In this document: piece by piece, positions 13,889 to 26,953 of the stretch
How positions within the stretch are numbered: position 1 is the first letter of the stretch
Layout: every line of letters starts with the position of its first letter
NCBI RefSeq assembly: GCF_036321535.1
Contig: NC_087437.1
Location: 88,042,001-88,106,000 of the forward strand
DNA from: Camelus dromedarius
Taxonomy: Eukaryota
Length of the DNA: 64,000 nucleotides
Direction: 5' to 3'
The notes under the pieces: model-generated
Databases searched by the model: none
What the model was told of the DNA's origin: nothing
Seen by the model: the letters and a program-made list of their open reading frames with translations, nothing else
Program-made: the position numbers and the translations under genes

Positions 13889-14290
13889 TATCTTCCTAAG
13901 TATAAGAAATCACAAGTTACAATGACAATAAACAGTAGCTTAATGTCATACCAGACACTAATAATTCACTATAAATCTATAACATTCACTATAACATTAT
14001 TTCTCTTTTAAATATTGTCCTTAAAATATGTAAAAGTATACATGATATTGTCTTTTTGCTTTTCTTCTTCTGCACTATATAACTGCTATTGTAAACACTC
14101 AGCTAATGAGAGCTAACACCAGGACATCATAATCTGAATGTGCTCTACCAGGCCCTTGTGCAATAAGCAACAAATCTTACATTTCTTTGTCTTTAGTATT
14201 CTAGTAAGTAACAGTCCTTACAGTTACTATACAAAGAATTACTGTATAAAGAATCAGATCCGTAAGAACGTTAAAATACATCATCCAAAT

Positions 14291-15406
14291 TACTACAGAC
14301 CGAAATGTGTCCCCTTAAAATTCAAGTTTTGAAGTCGTAATCCTCAGTGTGACTGTATCTGGAGATAGGACTTTAAGGAAGTAATTAAGATTAAATGATG
14401 TCATAAGGAAGGGGTCCTAATCAGATAGTATGATGGCCTTATAAGAAGAGGAAGAATGCTCAATATTGCTAATTATCAGAGAAAAGCAAATCAAAACTAC
14501 AATAAGGTATCACCTCACACCAGTCAGAATGGCCATCATTCAAAAGTTCACAAACAATAAATGCTGGAGAGGCTATGGAGAAAAGGGAACCCTCCTACGC
14601 TGCTGTAGGATGTAGGGTTTGGTATAGCTGCTATGGAAAACAGCATGGAGATTCCTCAAAAGATTAAAAATAGATTTACCATATGACCCAGCAATCCCAC
14701 TCCTGGGCATATAACCAGAGGGAACCTTAATTCAAAAAGATGCATGCACCCCAATGTTCATAATAGCACTATTTACAATATCCAAGAGAAGGAAGCAACA
14801 TAAATGTCCATCAACAGATGACTGGATAAAGAAGTTGTGGTATATTTATACAATGGAATACTACTCAGTCATAAAAATAATAAAATAATACCATTTGCAG
14901 CAACATGGATGGACCTGGAGATAGTCATTCTAATTGAAGCAAGCCAGAAAGAGAAAGAAAAATATCATATATTTATATAGTATATATAACTTACATGTGG
15001 CATCTGAAAAAAAAAAGACAAATGAACTTATTTACAAAATAGAAAGACTCACAGACCTAGAAAACAAACTTATGGTTACTGGGGGGAAGGGAGTAGGAAG
15101 GGATAAATTGGGAGTTCAAGATTTGCAGATACTAACTAATACATATAAAATAGATAAACAACAAGTTCATACTGTATAGCACAGGGAACTATATACAATA
15201 TCTTGCAGTAACTTATGGTGAAAAAGAATATGAAAATGAATACATGTATGTTCATGTATGACTGAAGCATTATGCTGTACACCAGAAATTGATACAACAT
15301 TGTAAACTGACTAGACTTCAATAAAATATATTAAAAAGGAGAAGAAGAAGAGAGTTCTGTCTCTCCACACACATGTACTGAGAGGGAAGGCCATGGTGAG
15401 GCCACA
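14291..15406 (+). mobile_element. MaLR LTR (MLT1A/MST-like) split by an L1 insertion (LTR parts ~14291-14455 and ~15340-15406)
   Basis: aatgtgtcccc..aaaattca...ggagatagg..ctttaagga.gtaattaag..ccttataagaagaggaaga, resuming after the L1 as agagagttctgtctctcc...ggaaggccatg. Confidence 0.75.
14456..15339 (+). mobile_element. 5'-truncated LINE-1 (ORF2 end and 3'UTR)
   Basis: Highly similar to the 3' part of the 4312-5957 L1. Near-TSD agaagaggaaga (14444-14455) / agaagaagaaga (15340-15351). Confidence 0.9.
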
Positions 15407-15734
15407 GATTGTTATCAACTTTCATTATTTCAAACACCTCACAGATCACAGGTGTCAGTCAAGCTGTTCACTAATATTAATTTCATTACTTGTTTACAAT
15501 GAATCTGCTCACCTTTAAAATCTGATGAATAAACCAAAAGCCACAACACAATTACCTTCCATTCTTAAAGCTTCAAAAAATGGGTGTAATACATGCCAAT
15601 CTATGCACTGAATAAATGTTAATCTCCTAAGTACCTAAAATAAACACTGTATGAAACATTTAGTCTTCTCCCCACCCCTTTCAGTATGATATTGTTCATT
15701 TGTAAGATAGCTATATATACTATAAAGTATACTA

Positions 15735-16860
15735 TATATGTATTTCCTAAGCTCTGTCCATTGAGAGAGCCTAGGAGCAATGTCACCTCAGTAGCAATAA
15801 CATACTTGGGGCCCAAGTCTTGATTTCTAAACACTAGTCTCTAAAATGAGGAACCTGGGGCTCTTCAATCACAAGGAACTTGGGCTGTTCATGTCCTCCT
15901 GTAGCCGAGATAGAGCAAGGAAAATAACAAGATAAAACTGGAACATTTTGTAGTGCTAGGAAGTAAGGAAATGCTGAAATAATGATGGGATATAAAAACA
16001 CAGGAGCCAACCTGAAGGCACTCCTAGCAGCTAAAGTTAGAACAAATATTTTGAGCAACAAAATAGATGACAGTATTGGATTTTAAGCCATGGAACCAGA
16101 TAACTATCCATGAGTCCATACTGATAAAAGTAAATAATCAAATTCTTCAATAAAAGTTAGAGATGAGACAGCTCTTCCTCATAATAGAATACTAATTAAT
16201 AAATACAGAAGGAAAGAGAGAAAGAGGAATCACCATTAGGCAAATACTGTACACAGTAATGAATGCTGCAGACAAGAACCATGGATTAACGCTAATACTA
16301 GTGGGTGAAAAGTTTGAGTAGATGCAGGATTCGCAGTCTCAAAGTATCTCCACCAAGACAGTTATTAACTACAAACAGAAAGATAGTGACTTTAGAGTGG
16401 AGAAACCCCACAGACACAAACTTAACCAGGCTATACCAAGATATGTATTACCAGTAAGTAACAAAGCATACCATCATCACAAATCCCTTGATATGGTGCC
16501 CCAAGAAAGACAACAGCATTTTTGTGGTACTTTTGCAAAAAATGCATACTCATTCCTAGCATGAGAAATCTTCAGACAAACACAAACTGCAGGATATTCT
16601 ACAAAAAAAAAAAAAAAAACCTGATCAGTATTTTTCAAACATGTCAAGGTCATGAGAGACAAGGAAAAACTGGCAGAATGGGAGATACTAAGGAGAAATA
16701 ACAATTAAATACAATGTGAGATCAGAAATAACATCCTGGAACAGAAAAAAAAGCATTGGTGGAAAAACTGATAAATTTCTAGTAAGGTCTGTAATTTAGT
16801 GAATATTATACAATGTTACTTTCCTGATCTTGATCACTGTACTCTGCTGTGTAAGTATAA
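15735..16860 (+). mobile_element. Old L1 (L1MC/MD-type) 3' region
   Basis: Recognisable old-L1 3'UTR motifs (agagagcctaggagcaatg.cacc.cagtagcaat, ctttagagtggagaaacc, aatgttactttcctgat.ttgatcactgtact). Confidence 0.65.
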
Positions 16861-17084
16861 AATTAGTTCAGTTTTTAAAAGTTTAAAAACAAAATTATTT
16901 TGCTCCAACCTTTTCCCTCAAATTTTAATGTTCTCATTTATTTTCTGCATGCTATTTTATAACATAAATACAATTCCACATTTTCCTTGCTAGTTACCTA
17001 ACTACATACCAAGATTTACCCTTGCCTATGCTTATTATTTTAGAGTCAGACAGAAAAATAGAGCAGGTAGACTGGCAGCACTAG

Positions 17085-17285
17085 GGAAAGAATATAGGTT
17101 TTGGATCAGACAGACTTGGCTTTGTCATTTAATAGCTGCATAGCCTTAACAAAATTATTAAACTTCTCAGTCTCAGTTTCTGGCAAAATGAATTTAATAC
17201 TACCTTAATCATAGAGCTATTGAAGAACCAAGATAATATTAAAATCTAGGATAATTCCTGGCACATAACAAACAGCTATTATTAC
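17085..17285 (+). mobile_element. MIR SINE
   Basis: tcagacagacttgg...aacttctcagtctcagtttc...aaaatg...cctggcacata. Confidence 0.65.
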
Positions 17286-18289
17286 TAGTGCACTTTGTTT
17301 GAAGAAAATGGCAAGGTTAAGCTAACTTTGGTGACTATTTTATTTCATCAGTATGAAATGGTTAATTATTTGTTTCTAGATGTGACTAATTATGATAAAT
17401 TTTACTCACTTTTAGGAAGCAGGCAGGCCTCTCCCAGATAAAATCTTTCCAAAAGCTACTACTGGGATTCAACTATTTAATTCAATATTCATTGATATGT
17501 GAAGTATATCCTAGATAGAACAATATAAATAAAATACTTCATGCCTGAACAGATACCTGAGTTTTGTTTGTTTTTTTTTTTTAAGTTTCCCATTGAGAAT
17601 GAAGATAAAGAAAAGCTCTATTCAGAAAAAGAACAGTCACTGTCATTTGACTTTTTTCCATCAGGATAACCATGCAATGAGAATCTAAAATTAAAGTCAT
17701 TTTTTAAAAAACCCACCAAACTCACTTAGAAATAGATTCTAATAAGTTAAAAATTGTTTGCAATCTGCAGAAGGACATAATCTTCAGTAGTAAGCAACCT
17801 AAAACCCAGTTATTTGGTTGGGGGTTTGTTCAGCTTACTACTCCTTAAGTTGATATTTCTGCAACATTAAGGCATTTAATAGGTCCTGTGAATGTAGTAA
17901 GACTAAACTTTATAAAATGGAAGATGGTATAAGCATCTCAAATCTTAATATTCCCCTATCACCTTAGTGTTAAACATAAATCTTCAGGAGTGTCTATTAA
18001 GCTACCAACCACAGCAGGAACATCCGTTACAACATCACTCCCAGAAAGCTTTCATATCCCTTCTTGAGTTTTCTGCGTCCAAATGGAGTGAGGCAGACCA
18101 GGGTCCTGAGTCCTCACTTCAGGACCCAACTTTCCTCTTAAGCAGGTCCAAAGGTAAGCAGTAGGCTCATTTTAAAGGCTATAGATACATTTTAATACCT
18201 GTCAATTTTTCATTTGATTCCAGACTCACTAGGGAGAGTAATATATTAAATGTTTCCCTCATAAACATTGAAACTGGCACATAGACAAG

Positions 18290-18445
18290 AGAACCCCAAA
18301 ATATATGGAAATGTCTATGAATATCAAGTGAACATGTGAGGTGAACAAACCTCTTCATTTGCCTGCAGCTGGTGTCATCTACAGATGTGTGTCTACATGA
18401 TAAAGTCTTAACTAGCATGGGCTATGCAGAACTCTGCATCTGACT
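18290..18445 (-). mobile_element. Ancient CR1/L3-like RT remnant
   Basis: Minus strand reads SVDDT, similar to the CR1 RT FADDT motif, with CR1-like flanking sequence. Confidence 0.35.
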
Positions 18446-18460
18446 TCAATTTAGCATGGC

Positions 18461-19573
18461 CTCTAAGGCAAAAGAAATAAAAGCAGAAATAAACAAAGGA
18501 GACCTAACTAAACTTAAAATCATTTGCACAGCAAAGGAAACCATTAACAAAAGGGAAAAACCTATGGAATGGGAGAATATTTGCAAATGATACAACTGAC
18601 GAAGGGTTAATATCCAAAACATACGAACAGCTCATACAACTCAATATCAAAACAAAACAAACCCCAATCCAATTCAAAAAAAGAGCAGAAGACCTGAATA
18701 GACATTCTTCCAAAGAACACATACAATGGCTTACAAGCATATGAAAAGATGCTCAACATCGCTATTAGAGAAATGCAAATCAAAACAACGAGGTTATCAC
18801 CTCACACGTGACAGAATGGCTATCATCAAAACGTCTAGGATATGGAGGAAAGGGAACCTTCGTGCATTGCTGGGAATGTAAACTGGTGCAGCCACTGTGG
18901 AAAACAGTATGGATGTTCCTTAAAAAACTAAGAATAGAACTACCATATGACCCCGGAATTCTACTCCTGGGTATATATCCAGAAAAAAACTTTCGAAAAC
19001 ATTAACTCAAAGCGATACATGCACCCCAATGTTTCATAGCAGTACTATTTACATTAGCCAACACATGGAAGCATCCCAAGTGCCCATCAACAGACAACTG
19101 GATTAAGATGTGGTGTATATATACACAATGGACTATTAGTCAGCCTTAAAAAAAACTGCCATTTGTAGCAACATGGATGGAACCATGGAATATTATGCTT
19201 AGTGAAATAAGCCAAACAGAGAAAGATAAATACTAAATGATATCACTTTCTTGTGGAATCTAAAAAAAAAATACCTATGAATGTATGTGCAAAACAGAAA
19301 TACTGAACAGATATAAAAAACAAACTTGTGGTTACCAAAGTAGAGAGGAAAGTGGGGAGGAACAGATTAGGAGCACGGGATTAACAGGTATAAACCACTA
19401 TATATGTAAGAGGTTAGCAAGAAGGATATACTGTATAGCTCAGGGAATTATATCCATTATGTTGTGGTAGCCTGTAACGGAATATAACCTGCAAAAATAC
19501 TGAATCACTATGCTGTACATCTGAAACTAACACAATATTGTAAATTAGCTGTACTTCAATTTAAAAAAAAAAA
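18461..19573 (+). mobile_element. 5'-truncated, older LINE-1 (ORF2 end, 3'UTR, poly-A)
   Basis: ORF 18808..19005 ([35 protein letters not shown]), ending cttcaattt plus A-tail. Confidence 0.9.
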
Positions 19574-22199
19574 ACTAGCAGGCTTGGCCACAGATGGTAT
19601 TGCAAATGTGGCTGAGGCATTGATTATATTATTGAATTTTTTTAAATGTCTTTTAGTCATACAGGTTTTTTAGATATTAGTAGGTAAAAATCTTGTTTCT
19701 TACTTCTGTCTGATTTCTCGACAAAGACTCCAAGCCAGAGGATTAAACTGAAAAGCTGGTTAAGTTCCATATGGGTCTTAGAACACTAGTGTGTGAATAT
19801 CTAGTCTTTAAACTGTTAATATTAGTCCTAGATCAGTGGACTTAATTTTGTCCCTCTCCATCTTAATTTTGTTCTCAAAGGGTAGCCCTTATATTCAAGA
19901 GACTTGTCCAAAGGCTTCTAGAGTCATTGTCATAATCTGGTCTCAAGTTAACTTCAGGGACTGATAATGTACATAAATTTAATCAAAGCTGTAGATGTCA
20001 AGATTTTATCTGTGTTTAATGAAGATGGCCAGTGGATTTTACCAAGTGCAGAAATAAAGATGGGTCAAGGTTCCTTTAGAGCATAAATCATTTTCCTAGG
20101 CTCAGGCAGAAGAAAAACTCAATGGAATTATTATGGTATTAATACAAATCCAAAGGCCAAAAAGTAAAAAAAGTCCTATGCCTCAAACACTAACTTTAGG
20201 TACCATGTTGTTCTGTCTCAAGAAGAACTAAATTTGTTTTAAAAATTATACACTTCCAATTAAAATAACAGTGGAAGAGTTAAAAAAAAAAAAAAAAGGA
20301 GGGGGGCATCATGTTACAATGGAAAAAGAAAAGAACTTCCTTAAGATAAAGTTCAATCTTAGAAGCTGAACTAAACAGAGAGGAAATATATATATCAGAA
20401 CTATGTGTTCTTAAAGATGGAATTGGGGGAAAAATGTATTTTAGTTGTTACTCATTAGAAAGGGTGACTGGCTCCAAAGGCATCTAATAGAGGAACAGCT
20501 GGTAATAGTGTGATGGAAATCTCAGTGTATCAGACTGGAAATCCAACTACGGCAAGGTGGTCTTTTAAAGAAATAGAAAGTACATAAGAGCAAGTGAAAA
20601 ACCACACTATGAGGCTGTTATATGGTAACGTAAAATCTGTAAAGATTTGAAAGGTTAGAGAGAAAAAAAAAAGCTAAGAGATTATCTTTAAATACCTGAA
20701 GCATTTTCAGTACATTTCAAATTATTACTTATTACAGATGACAATGTATGGGATGGCAGAGTGTCACCAAAAAAAGTGCCTCAGGAACTCAAAGTTAGGC
20801 CTCAGGTAGTGGATAAAGAAAAGCAAAACTGCAGAAAGACAAAATAGGAGGTCAGATCTAGGTTTGATGTTGAGTTGGTAAGATTTTCTTCAACTGGGGA
20901 AGTGAGAGTAGGCAAAATCTGTCTGATAATGAATGCTTTTTGATAAACTCAGAATTCCTTGACTTTAATCTCTGATTTATGGGAGATCTTAGAAGAGATA
21001 ACTGAAAATAAAACCTACATCCAAAAGCAAAGCGAAAGGGAAAGGAAAACAGGAGGGGGCCACCTTATGAATAGGTTAAAATATAAACAAAAACAGAAAC
21101 CAAGAATGTTTATCTGAAACAGTGTATCCTACTATTGCTGAAAGGAACATGATACAAAAAGGAATGTTTACACTGCTAATGAAGTAGAACAAATTATGGA
21201 AGGCCCAGAATAGTTACAAGCAGAATAAAAAAAGGGTCTAGAGGAGCAAGTAGTAGAAGAGATATTGTTTTCACTGGGCTTCTCTAAGTGCAGACATCAG
21301 AAACATTAAAAGTAGCTTTATTTCAGGTAGCCATTTATGGTTATTATCCAAATACAAATATGGGGACAGTATAGAAGCTGTGCTACTAAACAGAATCTAC
21401 ACTTACTGCAGCACAGGAATACTAGGACAACACAAACAAAAATGGAAATTAAAAGCTTTTAATAAGGTAGAAATCTAAAGGAAGAAACATCATTATGACC
21501 TGGTGCCTAGAGCTGTCATCCATGGAAATTTATAAATTCTGCAAGACAGAAATTCAGATACAACTTTCAAGTAGAAATGTTCAGGTTAAGTGCTTGCATC
21601 CTTCAAAACAAAATATCGTTAAGCATACAGTCACAAAGCCACTTGATGAATTTTCCCAGGAAAACTTTATAAGTTATAGTCACTGGCAGTTGCCGTAACT
21701 GACTGGCACCCTAGTGAGGTTAAAACCAAAACTGACCTCGTACCCAGTTTTTTATGCACCCATCTTCCCTGTAATATCCATCTTTAGTGATATCAATAAA
21801 TCCTACTGGCGAAAGTACAATGAGCCAACTGTACCATGTACTAATTTCAAGGAATTATCAATGTTTCTAAATTTAATGAGTGTTGGTGGGGTAGAGTGTT
21901 AAAGGTTTGCCCTACTGACCTTCTAGATTTTTTTAAAAAAGTAAGATTGGAGGTTAAATAATTCTTTTGAGGTGCAAAAGAAGCCACTCCCAATCAGAGG
22001 AGACACCCTAGCTACAGCCCCTGAAAAACCCTCAGGCCTGACCATACAGGCACTCTCATTCTGATTAAGCAGTATTCCAGGAAGGAAGTATTTGGGACCT
22101 TAACCTCTTTGGACTCTAGACTTTAATTTTTCTTTGTGAATTTGATAATAGGAGACAACTCATTTGATCCAACTGAAATGTTTATGCTGACAAAACAAA

Positions 22200-22545
22200 G
22201 GCAAATTGGCAGGAGAATAATTATTGAAGTTGAAGGAGGGAGCAAAAACACTAGGGTGGCTGAAGGTAAGCAGCAGACACAAAGAGCAATAGGAGACAAG
22301 TCAAAGAGCTAGACAGGGGTTGGATCATGAAGCCCTGCAGTCCACTGTAAGAATGTTGGTTTTCATACTGAGATAGAAAAGCATGGAAGTTTTAGAATAG
22401 ACCTCACTCTTATCTCTTTAAAAGGATCAGTTTGGCTGTGTGGAGAAAAAAACTGAGAAAAATTGGAAGCAGGGAGATAAAACTGTCCAGGGGAAAGATG
22501 ACTACGGCTTGAATGAAGGTCATAACAGTGGTTGCAGTAGTCGGA
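22200..22545 (-). mobile_element. L2 fragment
   Basis: Purine-rich L2 antisense motifs (ggatcatgaagccctgcagtccactgtaagaa, aaaggatcagtttggctg, ggaagcagggaga). Confidence 0.55.
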
Positions 22546-23249
22546 TATGCCTCTTCTCCCTTACTGCATGATTCAGTTCCTTGAGGGCAGGGGTTGTGAT
22601 CTTTTTTCCTCCTTAAATAATCATTAGGATGAAGCTTCCCACATAGTACACTGCCAATTTTTTTCTTTTAGGAATACCTTCGACAACACTTTTATGTATC
22701 TAGATCTATGTCTATTAAAATAATTAAAGAAAATTCAACTGATTGATACTAAGAGAAAGTAAGTTGTATACACAGTCAGATACATGCAGCATTTTATGAG
22801 TACCTATTAAGTTACAAGCACTTAATAATTGAAGTTAACTTCAGAATATAAAAGAAAGGACACAGAATCTCAAGAGTTAAAGGATAAAATGGCTTCAGTT
22901 AATACAGAACGTTTTAAAGAAACTATAAATAGAATAATTTCTAATTTTTTTCAAAAAATCAGAGTTAAAGAGCTGAAAAATAAAAGTTAAGTTCCATAAA
23001 AGCATAAAGGGAAGCAAAAATTGCATATTCACTCTTTATAAACACAGTGAAATGTAGGAAATCAAAATGATAAGAAAGGATGAATGAGTTTTAAGATTAT
23101 CTTAGTTCTATCATATTTTTTATAACTTTCTCCCCTCTTGATTATAAGTTATGTACACACACTGTAGTAAATCTGGATAATATATTTTTAAAAAAATCAT
23201 CATTATCTGCCCACATATAACCACTATTAACATCTTGGTATAGTGCTCT

Positions 23250-23520
23250 TTTCTTGCTGTGTGACTTAGGGTTAGCTGTTTAACCTCTCTGAGTCTCATT
23301 TGTGTCATTCATAAAATGAAGATTAAAAACAGTACCTATCTCACAGGGGTACTGAAAGAATAAGTACAAAACTAAGAAAGGGACTTACATATTTTTTCCG
23401 AAAGGGCCAGAAAGCACCTTATGGGCCATACATTCTCCATCTCCACTTTTCAACCCTGCTGTTACATCATGAAAAGAATGGGCGTACTCCAATAAAGTTT
23501 TATTTGCAAAAGCAGGTGGT
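23250..23520. mobile_element. MIR fragment followed by MER58A-like hAT MITE
   Basis: gctgtgtgacttagg...taacctctctgagtctca (MIR), then aaagggccaga...ccaataaagttttatttgcaaaagcaggtgg (MER58A-like). Confidence 0.6.
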
Positions 23521-24879
23521 GCTGCTTGTGTCCCAATGGCTTACATCAAAGGTTCATAATCTGTTGGTGTGTTTGGATAGTTGTGGGATGTGTTTGTTTA
23601 GCAAGTTTTGAAATTCTTAAGAGAATCTGATAAAAACAAAAAACAAAAAACCTTAGACCTGCTCACCAAAGAAATGAAAACACAACCTTTTCGTAAATAA
23701 TTTCAGAGAGTTCACAGACTTCCTGAAGTACATGAATGATTTCCATGGATTACCATCAAGAAATCCCAATCCTAGTGAAACAGCTCATTTGATTTTTCTT
23801 TATAACACTTTGCCCCTCTAAAATACATATGTTGAGTACAGTGAGAATGGACTATATTCAAATTGTGTAATCCTGCTACAAACAAATTGTTCCACCTAAT
23901 TTTTTTGTCATTGTATTTTATTTTCCTAGGTCATTACAGTCACTGAAAACATCATTTTTTTAAAGCTGAATGATATTTTAGTTTATGAGGGTTGAAAAGT
24001 GTTCAACTGTTTTAAATGTTCTGGTTGCTTTTCCATTTTCAACTCATTCCTTTCATTAATTACATTTAATGCTATGATGAATCACTTTATATCCAAATTT
24101 ATACTTCCTCAGAAATTAATGCTGTAAGTCAAAATGTACAAATTATTTTTAATGTTTCTAATATATTTTGATGAATTATGGTTCAGAAAGGTATTGTAAT
24201 TTTTGCTCTCACCAACTGAAAATGACATGTCTTTTTTACCACACCCGCATGAGCATGGAATATAAATCTTAAACTTTACTAATGAGTTCTATAACCTGAG
24301 AGATCTTTGGCAAGAGTTTTCAAAGCTTGGTAAAAGGTAAAGTCGAAAAATGCACATCCACTGTTCTCTAGGTTAGTAAGGTTTCAAGATACTCAAGGTT
24401 AAATTTAAATAATACAGAGAAATGGAAACCTTAGAATTTAAGATAAGTATCTAAAATATATTCCATACCCTCCAACCTTCAAAACACAAGGTAATAACAT
24501 AAAGTAACTGTCTGCAATCATCATAACACTTGCATTTTAAGAATAATCACTATGGTGACCCACTGCTTCAGAGAGAGGTATATCCCACGCAGGTTGAGAG
24601 AAAAATAAGTTGAGAATCACTTCTCATTGAACTTCTGATAGCTTAAGTTCGATTTTTTTTCTCTGTTACATTTATGAACATCTTTAGTTTCTGCTGCCTT
24701 GAATCTTTTTAAATCACTGCTTTACTCAGTCAGTAACTGCTTAAACATGCTGTAGTATATATCAAGACATATGCACAGATCCTGTAACAGATACCAAATG
24801 CATGTTCCTAGATACAATGTGTGTATATTGAAATGGCTAAGTACACAGGGCCCTTGACAGACTAGCCAGAATTCCAATC

Positions 24880-25030
24880 TGACTTAATCGAGCTTTTTAA
24901 TCTCTCTTGGTCTTTCTTAGTTTCCTAATATGTAAAATGAGAATAATGGCACATATCTTGTGGGGTAGTGGATTGAATGAGATAAAACAGGTAAAAGACT
25001 TATCACAGTACCTGATACATGGAAAACACT
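24880..25030 (+). mobile_element. MIR SINE
   Basis: cttagtttcctaatatgtaaaatgagaataat...ggattgaatgagata...acagtacctgataca. Confidence 0.65.
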
Positions 25031-25429
25031 AAAAATTATGAGTTTACACATATAAGAGCACTCCAAAAAAATAAGTAAATCTTCCAGATACTAAAAACAT
25101 AACACATACACATCAAATCATTAGCAACAGTGACTACTGGATATTTATAATATTTTAACTTTAGGGTCATCAAAACAGATACGGGTTAATTTTTAGTAAA
25201 CTCTAATTATAGAAAGACATATTAATAAATTGTATACATTAATATTTTACTGGGGTATCACATATACCCATACATATGCATACATATTTTTAAGGTACAT
25301 AGAACAATGGTATACACCTAACTGTTAATATCTACTGATATGACCACTTCTCTTCCTTCTCTTTCTCCTTTCACTACTCTGTACCATTTTATAACAAATG
25401 GAGCCAGAAAATGAGGATGTCCCTTTCTT

Positions 25430-26615
25430 TCTCAAAGTTAATTAACTGATAAATTACAGTATATCACTCAACCCTGAACGAATATAACTAATCACGTTCT
25501 TCATGCCTTCACCTATACAGATAAGTACTGTGGAACAAAAGTACAGACTAGTGGTCACTCTGCACTCAAAATCAGCAAACTTAAATTGTTCTGTAAATCA
25601 ACACAATCCACCTAAGAAGCTACCATTTTAGACCTCTTTTCACCTTAAATCTACAACCACCCCCATGTACTCTCAACAGATGAACTTTCTACCTACTCCA
25701 AAGCTCCTATACAAAGCAACTACTCCATTTGTGCTTTGAATCTTGTCCTTCCTTCCCTTTTTGGAATCTTACTTTCTGGATTGTCCCTCCTTTCTTTTGC
25801 AGATTTATCTCTTCCTTTCAAATGAATCATTCTCATCGGATGTTAAACATGCCAAATTCTCAACAATTTAGAAGAAAATATCCTCACCTTCAATCCACAA
25901 ATATTCAATCCAGTTTCCACCCATATCTTTCCATCTCCTTTGTAAGTTATCTATACTACTGTCTCTATTTCTTTGCTTCCTACTCCTCAAACTACTTAAG
26001 TCTGGCTCCTACATCAAAACAACTCTGCTTAAAGTCACCAAAGACCTCCATGTTAATTCAATGGTTGGATCTCAACAGATTCCGATGCCAGTTACCATCA
26101 CTCTATCCTGAAACATTTTCTTCCCTTGTTTTCTGTGACACCATAGTTTCCCGGTTTTCTCGAAGCTTTTTAACTAATTCTTCTCAGACTTCATTTGAAG
26201 ACTCAATCTTTCCTACCTGGCCATTTAACCAAAGTTTCTGAAGCTTCTTTTCCTCTTCTTTTCTCTCTCTATATTATCTCCCAATGTGAGTTCATTCATA
26301 TGCATGACTTCAAATGCCATCCATATAGCTATGATGACCAGACCTCACTTCTGAGTTCAGGATTATGTGAATCCAGCCATCTTTAAGATCTCTCTGTGGA
26401 TGAGGAAAGGCACTTTAAATTCAACATGTTCAAACTAAACCAAAGAATCTCAGCCAAGTTCAACTTGCCCAAGAATGCAATAATTGATAAGCCTTTTATT
26501 GGCCTGCATTTTATAGTAATATATACCTTTCCTTCCTAGAACTGATCAAAATTATAGCTTTACACAAAAATAGGGACAATGCCTGTTTGCTTATCACTAT
26601 ATGCCCAGTGCCTTA
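25430..26615 (+). mobile_element. Long decayed L2 element
   Basis: Pyrimidine-rich L2 body (aagtcaccaaagacctcca, ttttctgtgacacca, catgacttcaaatgccatccatatagctatga, aaattcaacatgttcaaact). ORF 25729..26241 lies inside it. Confidence 0.7.
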
Positions 26616-26617
26616 TA

Positions 26618-26953
26618 CAGTCATTCATCTGAATCTGGGAGATTGGTTCCAAGACCACCCCCTAAATCCCCCAATCCTCTACAGATATCAAAATCTGCAG
26701 GTGCTCAAGTCTCTCATATAAAATGGTGTAGTATCTGCATATAATCTACATACATCCTCCTTTACACTTTAAATCATCTCTAGATTACTTAAATACCTAA
26801 TACAATGTAAATACTATGTAAATAATTGCTAGTGCACAGAAAATTCAAGCTTTGCTTTTTGGAACTTTCTGGACTTCCCCCCCCCCCCAATATTTTCCAT
26901 CTCCAGTTGTTGAACTCGGGGCTGCAGAACCTGTGGATATGGAGAGCCAACTG
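26618..26953. mobile_element. TcMar-Tigger MITE (MER2-like), second copy
   Basis: Same core as 13578-13888 (ctttaaatcatctctagattactt..atacctaatacaatgtaaata); termini cagtc...caactg. Confidence 0.85.

Noticed and set aside
18101..18127. 9-bp hairpin gggtcctga...tcaggaccc
   Set aside because: Isolated short inverted repeat, expected by chance in 64 kb, with no RNA-gene context.
18410..19584. Possible TSD aactagca(tg)ggct around the L1 at 18461-19573 with 5' filler DNA
   Set aside because: Imperfect match, and the intervening bases look like continuation of the CR1-like remnant.
19590..22150. Unique-looking intronic stretch that might be a processed pseudogene or ancient element
   Set aside because: No recognisable protein, tail or TSD by eye; needs BLASTX/Dfam.
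25729..26241. 170-aa ORF
   Set aside because: Inside a decayed L2, TTG start, no credible domain.
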